Shown here piece after piece: positions 9,630-18,017 of a DNA stretch of 52,477 bases. The translations under genes and the position numbers were made by a program. Location of the stretch: the NCBI GenBank assembly GCA_963784355.1, contig CAWAQU010000005.1:1-52477 (forward strand). The letters are read 5' to 3'. This DNA is from an uncultured bacterium (GTDB lineage: Bacteria > Patescibacteriota > JACMRA01). Every line of letters starts with the position of its first letter. The first letter of the stretch is position 1. Below the pieces are notes generated by a model. It was given only the letters and a program-made list of their open reading frames with translations, searched no databases and was not told where the DNA came from.

Positions 9630-10949
9630 TTATTTTAGTTTTTCTATAAAAGTTGTCCAATTGTTGTCGTGCCAGTAGCGAAGTTGATTTTCATAAATTT
9701 GCAATAATAAATCAGGCTGATTATTTGTGTTTGTTAGTGTCTCATCTAAATTTTTTGGGGTAGGGGTAAAATTGTTAATTTTTTTAGTCTCTAGCTTTTG
9801 ATCAATGATATTATTTATTTGGACACTAGTGAGTTGGTTGTTTACCGGGTCATATATATAGCAAGTATTGATTTCTCGAGCGCAATTAAAGGATACACCA
9901 AGGCTTCGAATTTCCAAGTTTTGTACTTGCCTGAATTCTCCGGTGTCTTGATCATATACCCAAGCTTTATCACTATAGTAACTAGAATACACCACAATTA
10001 GGTTATTTGCAAGGACATCAATTTTAAATTCAGGTTCTGTAAGTAAGGCCGCGTCACCACCAAGATCGTTACCTTGATTTGATGTTACAATATTTGCAAA
10101 TTCTCCCAACAAATTTTTACTTGTATCTTGATTGATGATGTCCGGGTTTTCAGATGCAATTACTTGCTTAGCGGGGTAGGTAATTAGTTCATTTTGAATT
10201 GTGTAAAAATAAAAATCTACTATTTGAGTGAGATCTGCTTCTAGCAGTTTTTTTGTATCTAGTTTGGTGAAAATATATTTTCCGTAGCTTGCATTTTCAT
10301 CCTCTTCAGGATCGGTGCCGTGGGAATGTTCATCTCCTGCAAATTCAGTCTGAAGCCAAATATCTGTTGAAAATGAAACCGGTTGATAGATTTTTACAAT
10401 TTGGTTGTAATTTTCGTCTTCAGCGCTGATTTCTCTGTTGTCTTTAAAGTCTGGTTTGGAAATGTTTAGCTTAGAATTGCTCGTATATATCCAATATATT
10501 TGATCATTAATTCTTATTTCTTTTAAATTTTGAACTTGTTTTTGAGGTGAAAAAAACTTTTGGTCTCTAGAGTCGTAAAATATGGTAAAAATACTTGCTT
10601 CAGGATTTTCTAGAACTAGATATTCAAATTTCGGGTCTTTTGACTTGAAGTACTCAAATTCATTTTCATTTAAGATGCTGATTTCATATACTTTTAGACC
10701 TGTTGATAATGTATTTACCAAATACAACTCAGAATCAATATTAGTTTGGGTAGATTGGGATTGATTGTCTCTATTTATTATAGCTTGGGTAAAATTCTCT
10801 GCGCTTTTAGAAATATTATTTATCGGACTTGAGTTTATAATTTGCTGATTTTGATTGCTGTTTATGTACCTTGAAAGAACAAGAGTCACTACTATAATTA
10901 GGATCAAAACTGAACCAATGATTATGTATTTTTTTCTTTCTAAAGTCAT
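9630..10949 (-). CDS. Membrane-anchored hypothetical protein (paralog of 8810..9622)
   Basis: 439 aa, N-terminal TM, motif INDQIYWIY...ISKPDF. Confidence 0.8.
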   Translation of the reverse strand: MTLERKKYIIIGSVLILIIVVTLVLSRYINSNQNQQIINSSPINNISKSAENFTQAIINRDNQSQSTQTNIDSELYLVNTLSTGLKVYEISILNENEFEYFKSKDPKFEYLVLENPEASIFTIFYDSRDQKFFSPQKQVQNLKEIRINDQIYWIYTSNSKLNISKPDFKDNREISAEDENYNQIVKIYQPVSFSTDIWLQTEFAGDEHSHGTDPEEDENASYGKYIFTKLDTKKLLEADLTQIVDFYFYTIQNELITYPAKQVIASENPDIINQDTSKNLLGEFANIVTSNQGNDLGGDAALLTEPEFKIDVLANNLIVVYSSYYSDKAWVYDQDTGEFRQVQNLEIRSLGVSFNCAREINTCYIYDPVNNQLTSVQINNIIDQKLETKKINNFTPTPKNLDETLTNTNNQPDLLLQIYENQLRYWHDNNWTTFIEKLK

Positions 10950-10953
10950 AATA

Positions 10954-13900
10954 TTACTTTGCTTCTAAAGCTTTAAAATTACCTCTAAGTGTGGGACATT
11001 TTAATATACTACAAGGAGGGGTATTACCATGATAGCTTCCGTTTTTTGTAAGTTCGAAATGTAGATGTGGCCCGGTAGAGCGACCCGTACTACCCATTTT
11101 ACCTATAAGCTGGCCTTTTTTTACAGTACCACTTTTTACTACAAATTGGCTAAGATGTAAGTATCTTGTTTGGTAACCTTCTGCGTGTTTTAGGCGAATT
11201 TCATTGCCTGTTTCACTATCAAATTTGGCATACATGATTTCACCATCAGCAGCTGCGTAGATAGGAGTACCAATAGCATTGGCTATATCTACTCCATTAT
11301 GATTTCTACCTCTTGTAGGGTGTGGTTTGGCGTAATAGTCTGTATAAACACCACTTGTTGGAGTTACAAATTTAGCGGATGAGGGAACATTTGGATCGGG
11401 TGTGTTAGTGTTATCACTTTGATCTGCAGCTTTATCAGATATCTCTTGACATTCTACAGCTTTATCAGGTGTACTTCTGTCTCCGCCTGATTCTACCGGG
11501 AGTGTGGTATTACTTACCTCTTTCAACCCTTTATTTAGAGTAGCTTTAGATGTTTGGCCATCTGGCGTTTTATCTTTTAAGGTGGCAGGATCAGCATAAT
11601 TTTTTAGTGCGTTTTCAATATTATTTTTAGTTATAATCTTAGCTATTTCAAGATTAATATTAGCATCACTACCTTTAGACATCCATGGCCCTGAGTTCCA
11701 GGCTCCATTTTTTCTAACTAGGCTGATAAATTTAATTAAATTTGATTCAATTTTTCCATCAGGATTTATCCAATCTATATCGCTTCTATTCCACGGCTGT
11801 ACTCCCCAGTGTACGTAAAGTAAGGTAGGATCAGACGAATATTTAGCAGCAATCTTGGCTGTAGATTCTAACATGGCAGTTGTGGGTTTTTCACCTTTTG
11901 TGCTGGCATCATAGTGCATCTCAACTTGAATAGTATTACTATTTACTGTATAGGAACTGTTATTTTTATAAATACGTCCTAGAGCACCTGCACCACGGTA
12001 ATGGTCAGGAAGTGTTTGGTAAATCTCACCGTTTCTACCGGTAGTGAAATGGACATAGGCCTCTCCTTTTTGGGCTTCTGCCCTTCTGCGAAATTCTGCT
12101 GCCATATCATCAACTGTATAAGAACTGTTAGATTGTCCCATTGCAGTATAATGTAAAATTACAGCTTTTTTAGTGTTGCCGTTGGCTAAATCACCACGAT
12201 TTCGTACTAAATATTTTGTATTAGCTCCAGGAAATATACCAGATGTGGCAGCTTCTGTACTAATTGGACCTGCTAAATCAGTTAAATTTTCAAAAAAATT
12301 GTTTGTTGCAGAATTGATTGAAGAATTATCAGCAAAATTTGTATCCAATTCATTACTGCCAATCGAACTTGATTTTGTACTTGTGCCAGCAAACACTTTG
12401 GTATTAGCTGCAATATCTTTAACATAATGTCTTGTTTCACTAAATGGCGGTACACCTCCATACTTTTCTACATTACCTGGTCCTGCATTGTATGCAGCAA
12501 GAACCAAAGTAGTATTTGCTTTTGTAACTTTTAATTTGTATAAACGTTTTAAATAAACAGCTTGGGCATAAATTGCTAGCTCAGGATTTCGGGTGATGTC
12601 ATTTAAAGATAAAGGTTTGCCTGTTGTAGGATGATTCACTGTGGCAATAGTATCAGGCATAAATTGAGTCATACCGGTAGCACCTGCGGATGATCTAACT
12701 GAGCCGTTAATTAAATCAGTTCTAAATGCACTTTCTTGCAGAATCTGGGCCATCATCATATTGGGATCCAGTCCAAATTGTTTGGCGTATTTCTCAACTG
12801 TAGGCTGATACTTTTTCATGTTGGCGATTTGCTCGGATCCGACAGTTATTTTTTTATCATCTCTTGTAAATGCTTTTGTATCATAACTTCCTACTGTAGT
12901 TCCAGCTCCAGCTCCGCCACTTGATCCACCTCCGAAATTGCTGCCTCCAGTTGATACAAGCTGAGTTTGATTGTTGTCAGCACATTTACACAATGATGAA
13001 ATATTAGTTGAATTGGGCGTTTTGCTACCATTTCCTCCACCAGTGGGCGGTGTGGTTTTCCCGGCTCCATCTGCATCTTGAGCAACATAAAAATGAAAAT
13101 GGTTATTATGATTTGCAAGTGATTGAGTAGTTATGGATCCTCCTCCTGTTAAAGGTGATCTTGGAGATCCTGCCGGCCAACCTTTGCTTGTTAATTGTCT
13201 TTGAACTGACCCATACGTAATTAAACCCCTAATCAAATTGCTACTCTTTGCAAATTCTGCCATTTGCACTGCTGCTTGAGTCGATGCAGATGATCCTCCT
13301 CCAGTTGCTTCTGTTAATGTGTATGTTTTTCCGTCTTGAGTAGTAAAGCGGTCAATATCTAATCCCAAACCACTAAAATGACCACCTGCATAATCACCAT
13401 GACTAGTACCATCATTCATACCGGTAATCTGAATATTTTTGTACTTTTCCGCTATCGCTATAATTAGATCAACCGTTGCTATATTTAGTCTACCTTGTTT
13501 TGCTTCAACAGATGGAAGAGCTATATCAGCTGGCTCATGCCAATAATCAATTTTACCTGATTTTTCCAAACTCTCAAGCTTCTGTATTTTAGCTGTAGGT
13601 ATTTTGTTGTTACCGAGTGCTTTACCTACTCTAGCTTCTGTGTTGATTGATTGAAAAGGATTAGTATAACTAAGTAAGTTTAAATCTTCGTTTACTGTAG
13701 ACCGGGAATCCACTAAATATTGATTTCCAATGTCATCAGTATAAGCCTGTTTAGAGTTTGACTGTTGTGATTTATAACTTTGCAGTCGTTTGTTATAATA
13801 GTCTTTATATTCTGCCATTGTAGCGTGTCTTTGACCTAAAGGTGAATTAGGCATTGAGGCCCAGTGTTTGTTACCAACTTGAATCACTTGTTCCAGGCCG

Positions 13901-16900
13901 TTAGATTTAGTAAGTACTTTTTCAAGTCTTAAATTATCTTGACTACCACTTGCAAGACCGGCGTAAATTCCCAAAGGGTAGTAATCCTGACTAGTGGGTT
14001 TAAAGTCTTTTATCTGGAAACTATACCCCGCTTTTTTTAAGCCACTGTTTGCTGCATTTATATCATCCATGCTATATTGAGCGGTATAATACTGATACCT
14101 TCCTATATTCCATGCACCTCCTCCTCCAGGTGCTTTACCACCGGATTTAAGTTTCGGTTTGAGGTTGGTCGAAGCTTGCGCGTCAAAATCATTTGCTACG
14201 AAATTCCCGCTATTGTAAGATGCTAAAGTTAACGGATCAGACTCAGACTCCCATTTAGCAAGGGTATCTAAAAATGCTCTGACTTCTGGTGTAAATGGTC
14301 CCCCTGTTGAAACTGTACCTCCGGCTGTGTTAGTAGAGACAGTTCCTGAGTCAGTATTGCTACTACTAGATAAAAGTTGTGTACGGGTACCCAATGAGGT
14401 GCAAGCACATGAATTTAGTTTACCGACTGGCTCAATTACTTCATCTTCATTTGTATTGCTTTCAGTAGGGGTAGAGGGTGTGGTTTTCCCGGCTCCATCT
14501 GCATCTTGAGCAACATAAAAATGAAAATGGTTATTATGATTTGCAAGTGATTGAGTAGTTATGGATCCTCCTCCTGTTAAAGGTGATCTTGGAGATCCTG
14601 CCGGCCAACCTTTGCTTGTTAATTGTCTTTGAACTGACCCATACGTAATTAAACCCCTAATCAAATTGCTACTCTTTGCAAATTCTGCCATTTGCACTGC
14701 TGCTTGAGTCGATGCAGATGATCCTCCTCCAGTTGCTTCTGTTAATGTGTATGTTTTTCCGTCTTGAGTAGTAAAGCGGTCAATATCTAATCCCAAACCA
14801 CTAAAATGACCACCTGCATAATCACCATGACTAGTACCATCATTCATACCGGTAATCTGAATATTTTTGTACTTTTCCGCTATCGCTATAATTAGATCAA
14901 CCGTTGCTATATTTAGTCTACCTTGTTTTGCTTCAACAGATGGAAGAGCTATATCAGCTGGCTCATGCCAATAATCAATTTTACCTGATTTTTCCAAACT
15001 CTCAAGCTTCTGTATTTTAGCTGTAGGTATTTTGTTGTTACCGAGTGCTTTACCTACTCTAGCTTCTGCTTGAATAGGGCTAAAAATATTATTTACATCA
15101 GCAAGTAAGCTATTTTCACTTTTTTCGCTAGATTTTTCCTCACCAATGTCAGATGCAACAGCTATTTTGGCACATTCAAAAAAAGCAGAGTTTCTGACAG
15201 CAGCAGCACCGTAGTCAGTAGATTTAGTGTTTCCGTCACCTCCACCAGGTCTAACACATCCCAAGTGAGCATAAGATACTAAATAAATACTTCCTTTGCC
15301 TTGTGCATACTCACAGTTCGCTTTTAGTTTAATTTTCCACTGTTCATAAGCAAATTTCATCTGCAATGGCTTGTTTTTAATTAATTCAGATGGAGGTATA
15401 TCTCTTCCAAGAATTTTTTCTGAAATACCTTGATAAGTTTCACCACCTTGTTTACTTCGACAAAATTGAATAATACCCCAGCAGTCATACTTAGGTCCGT
15501 TCCAGATTGTCCAATCATAACCGCTTTCAGTCGGTCCAAGTGATAGTACCCAAGCAATTACATAGTCTGGTACACCTGCAGTTCTACCTGCACTTACTAT
15601 TTCATCAAACTTTTGTTTAGTTAGAGTAAATTCTTGTTTCAAACCGTTATTTGCTGTCCATAATGTCAGCCTAGTCTTGTTCTTGAAAACTTTATCAAAA
15701 CAATACGTTCCACCGGGACTACTTTCACTATCTGAACCACCAGGATCAGTCTCATCATTGTTTACAGCTTTGGCTGTAGTATTTGCACTGGTATTACAAT
15801 CTAAATTCAGCCCCTCGCATATTCCACTTTCTTCCAATAACACTCTAAGTTGAGATTTAAATCCTTTTCCTGTGGCTGCATTATATAATGCTCCCGGTAC
15901 ATTAGTACCAATCATAAAAAGTTCTACACCATCTCGTGTAGTTTCAAACTCCTTTCTACAATATATAGAAATTAATCCTCCAATAGCCAGTAGAAAAAAT
16001 AATACTATAAGTATAATAGGTACTAACCAAGTCAAAAATGGCCACACCGACTTCAGAAGTAATTTCAATGCCTGCTCTTTAACCTCACTTGGTAAAGCAT
16101 TGAGAGCAGCCTGACTAATTCTATTACTATTTTGGGACTGCCTTTCCAATCTTTGCGCTGTTTCCTCGTCTCCATTCTCTCTTGCCTTTGTAGCTTCATC
16201 CAGCTTATTTTTAGCATTATCCTGAGTGGTCTGTAAAGTTCTTTTAATGCGATCTACCCCACTTGAATTATTAAATTTTTCAAATCTTTGCCTTTTTGCG
16301 TTTGCTTTTCTACCTGCTTTATCAGCCAGTTCTTTATCCGTATCTTGCAAGTATTTGTTGTAAAAATCTAGTTTGTCGGCTTCCTCTAATCTAGTCTGAT
16401 GCTTATGATGTGTGTCCTCATGTGCTTCTTGGGCAAACCTATCAGCTGGTAACGATCTGAAGTTAAACTTATTGTCAGTGTCTTTTATTTTATTATCTAA
16501 AGGAGGTACCACAAATGGCTTGACTTCCTCTTCCTCGGGTTTATCTGGAGTATTGAAAGCTACAAAAGATTCTTCATCTCCAAAGTTTGTGTTTGTGGCA
16601 TTATTTCCTCCAAGGTAATTTTTCCATTGTTCCTCTTCTCTGATTTTTCTATCACTCTCCATCTGCTCCTTAAGCTTTTTCAATTCTTCCTCTTTTCGCA
16701 GTTTTTCTTCTTCAGCCTCTGCACTATCTGCACTATTTGTATCATTTTGCTCAGGGTCCAAACTACCTTTACCGGGAATGATTTCTATTAGTTCATCCTC
16801 AGGTTTCTTATTTACACTATCTTCCTGATTATTTTTAATACTATCACTTTCTGAATCAAAAATATTTTCATCTGTGTCATCGCTGTCTACATTGCCTACA

Positions 16901-17787
16901 TTCGAGCCGGAATCAGGTCGACTTTGAAATTTATTACCACCACTTCCAGCTCCAGTGGAATTTTTAGGACTAGAGTTTGTGTTAAAATCATCTGAAGTAG
17001 TACTGCCTGGGGTAGGTAGATTTATAGCATCAGATAGCTTATTGGTAGTTCTGTTTTTTACGTAACCTTCATATTGCTTAACTAATCTGTCCCAATATTT
17101 ATCAACAAACTTTTGCTCCAGCTCAGTTTTAACATTGCTAAAATAATCCCTACCTTGACTATTTCTTCCAAAATTCCACTTAATTTGATTATCCTCTAGC
17201 CCAATGTTTATATACTTCTTTAAAGTCTGTTGCAATTCTGCACCTTGTTGTAGCTCACCGCTAATCTGTTCCTGATATTTCTGTGAAACTAGATCATAAA
17301 CTTCCTCCAAAAATCTATTTACCACGTCGTTATTAGCTACTATTTTATTACCCGAGTAGTATTCTTGTGGAGTAAAAAGTTCTTCAATAATGTTACCACG
17401 ATAATCAGGGCTAAAAATTCTAGTGTATTGATCTAAAATCTTCTTTTGTTCCGGTTTTGTTTCGTTGTTTTGTAAAAATTTATTATATTCTTCAGTAACT
17501 TTTTGATTAACTTCATCCAGGCCCAAGTCAATTAGATTCGACGAGGATCCGAAATAGTGATAGATAAAATCACTTAGTTTATTTAAAATATTTTTGCTAC
17601 TTAGGTCGTAGCGTAGTGTTTCAACTTCACTATCAATATTTCTCTCCTTCTGCTTTTCAGTAAAACTTTTTTCTTTTTGATCTGCTTTTTGAGCTTTAGT
17701 AACACCAGATACTGGGCCAAGTACTTTTGGCTTTTTTAGGTTTGTAAGTCTATTTTGTAGACCAGGATCTAGTGATTTACCCGGCAT
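10954..17787 (-). CDS. Giant membrane-anchored multi-domain peptidoglycan hydrolase (lysozyme-like, 2x M15-like Zn peptidase, lambda-type lysozyme, SLT, amidase_2-like, M23)
   Basis: 2277 aa with one TM (~15960-16045). Motifs in order: PTESG..WGIIQF; GHFSGLGLDID..HNNHFH (twice); RAFLDTLAKWES..GRYQY..FKPTSQD..WASMP; QESAF..GATGMTQFMP..LAAYNAGPGNV..PPFSETRHYV; VILHYTA..YVHF; HNGVD..YLHL..GPHLHF. Confidence 0.88.
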   Translation of the reverse strand: MPGKSLDPGLQNRLTNLKKPKVLGPVSGVTKAQKADQKEKSFTEKQKERNIDSEVETLRYDLSSKNILNKLSDFIYHYFGSSSNLIDLGLDEVNQKVTEEYNKFLQNNETKPEQKKILDQYTRIFSPDYRGNIIEELFTPQEYYSGNKIVANNDVVNRFLEEVYDLVSQKYQEQISGELQQGAELQQTLKKYINIGLEDNQIKWNFGRNSQGRDYFSNVKTELEQKFVDKYWDRLVKQYEGYVKNRTTNKLSDAINLPTPGSTTSDDFNTNSSPKNSTGAGSGGNKFQSRPDSGSNVGNVDSDDTDENIFDSESDSIKNNQEDSVNKKPEDELIEIIPGKGSLDPEQNDTNSADSAEAEEEKLRKEEELKKLKEQMESDRKIREEEQWKNYLGGNNATNTNFGDEESFVAFNTPDKPEEEEVKPFVVPPLDNKIKDTDNKFNFRSLPADRFAQEAHEDTHHKHQTRLEEADKLDFYNKYLQDTDKELADKAGRKANAKRQRFEKFNNSSGVDRIKRTLQTTQDNAKNKLDEATKARENGDEETAQRLERQSQNSNRISQAALNALPSEVKEQALKLLLKSVWPFLTWLVPIILIVLFFLLAIGGLISIYCRKEFETTRDGVELFMIGTNVPGALYNAATGKGFKSQLRVLLEESGICEGLNLDCNTSANTTAKAVNNDETDPGGSDSESSPGGTYCFDKVFKNKTRLTLWTANNGLKQEFTLTKQKFDEIVSAGRTAGVPDYVIAWVLSLGPTESGYDWTIWNGPKYDCWGIIQFCRSKQGGETYQGISEKILGRDIPPSELIKNKPLQMKFAYEQWKIKLKANCEYAQGKGSIYLVSYAHLGCVRPGGGDGNTKSTDYGAAAVRNSAFFECAKIAVASDIGEEKSSEKSENSLLADVNNIFSPIQAEARVGKALGNNKIPTAKIQKLESLEKSGKIDYWHEPADIALPSVEAKQGRLNIATVDLIIAIAEKYKNIQITGMNDGTSHGDYAGGHFSGLGLDIDRFTTQDGKTYTLTEATGGGSSASTQAAVQMAEFAKSSNLIRGLITYGSVQRQLTSKGWPAGSPRSPLTGGGSITTQSLANHNNHFHFYVAQDADGAGKTTPSTPTESNTNEDEVIEPVGKLNSCACTSLGTRTQLLSSSSNTDSGTVSTNTAGGTVSTGGPFTPEVRAFLDTLAKWESESDPLTLASYNSGNFVANDFDAQASTNLKPKLKSGGKAPGGGGAWNIGRYQYYTAQYSMDDINAANSGLKKAGYSFQIKDFKPTSQDYYPLGIYAGLASGSQDNLRLEKVLTKSNGLEQVIQVGNKHWASMPNSPLGQRHATMAEYKDYYNKRLQSYKSQQSNSKQAYTDDIGNQYLVDSRSTVNEDLNLLSYTNPFQSINTEARVGKALGNNKIPTAKIQKLESLEKSGKIDYWHEPADIALPSVEAKQGRLNIATVDLIIAIAEKYKNIQITGMNDGTSHGDYAGGHFSGLGLDIDRFTTQDGKTYTLTEATGGGSSASTQAAVQMAEFAKSSNLIRGLITYGSVQRQLTSKGWPAGSPRSPLTGGGSITTQSLANHNNHFHFYVAQDADGAGKTTPPTGGGNGSKTPNSTNISSLCKCADNNQTQLVSTGGSNFGGGSSGGAGAGTTVGSYDTKAFTRDDKKITVGSEQIANMKKYQPTVEKYAKQFGLDPNMMMAQILQESAFRTDLINGSVRSSAGATGMTQFMPDTIATVNHPTTGKPLSLNDITRNPELAIYAQAVYLKRLYKLKVTKANTTLVLAAYNAGPGNVEKYGGVPPFSETRHYVKDIAANTKVFAGTSTKSSSIGSNELDTNFADNSSINSATNNFFENLTDLAGPISTEAATSGIFPGANTKYLVRNRGDLANGNTKKAVILHYTAMGQSNSSYTVDDMAAEFRRRAEAQKGEAYVHFTTGRNGEIYQTLPDHYRGAGALGRIYKNNSSYTVNSNTIQVEMHYDASTKGEKPTTAMLESTAKIAAKYSSDPTLLYVHWGVQPWNRSDIDWINPDGKIESNLIKFISLVRKNGAWNSGPWMSKGSDANINLEIAKIITKNNIENALKNYADPATLKDKTPDGQTSKATLNKGLKEVSNTTLPVESGGDRSTPDKAVECQEISDKAADQSDNTNTPDPNVPSSAKFVTPTSGVYTDYYAKPHPTRGRNHNGVDIANAIGTPIYAAADGEIMYAKFDSETGNEIRLKHAEGYQTRYLHLSQFVVKSGTVKKGQLIGKMGSTGRSTGPHLHFELTKNGSYHGNTPPCSILKCPTLRGNFKALEAK
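13049..13640. repeat. 592-bp direct repeat, copy A (intragenic)
   Basis: Reads identical to 14477..15068 (offset 1428 bp, in frame); the translated ~197-aa block is identical in the ORF track. Confidence 0.95.
14477..15068. repeat. 592-bp direct repeat, copy B (intragenic)
   Basis: Reads identical to 13049..13640. Confidence 0.95.
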
Positions 17788-17944
17788 TTTGTTTTTATTT
17801 TTGTTACTTTTTTGAATACCTTATGCTTTGAAGACTAGCAAGGAATTTGAATTTCCCCCACTCCGACTTGATTTTTTCTTTAGTGCAAGCTCTTTATTCC
17901 CCATGATTATACTTCACTTTTCTACATTAGTCAAAATAATAAAA

Positions 17945-17971
17945 TTAGCACTTGACAAGTTTGGTTGCTAA
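17945..17971 (+). promoter_or_regulatory. CIRCE element (HrcA operator) upstream of dnaK
   Basis: TTAGCACTT-N9-GGTTGCTAA vs consensus TTAGCACTC-N9-GAGTGCTAA (8/9 and 7/9 matches), ending 46 nt before dnaK. Confidence 0.8.
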
Positions 17972-17980
17972 TGTTAGTAT
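17952..17980 (+). promoter_or_regulatory. sigma70 promoter of dnaK
   Basis: TTGACA-17 nt-TAGTAT with TGn extended -10; the -35 lies inside the CIRCE. Confidence 0.75.
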
Positions 17981-18017
17981 AGGTTTAAATTAATGTGTAA
18001 ATATTAAAATAAATTTT

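Noticed and set aside
13049-15068. The 592-bp repeat as an IS element or DGR template/variable repeat pair
   Set aside because: No transposase, terminal inverted repeats or reverse transcriptase; no adenine-specific differences seen; both copies are in-frame protein domains.
10954-17787. Giant hydrolase as a prophage tape-measure or lysin gene
   Set aside because: No capsid, terminase, tail or integrase genes nearby; single-TM topology and the VirB6-like neighbour fit a secretion-type locus better.
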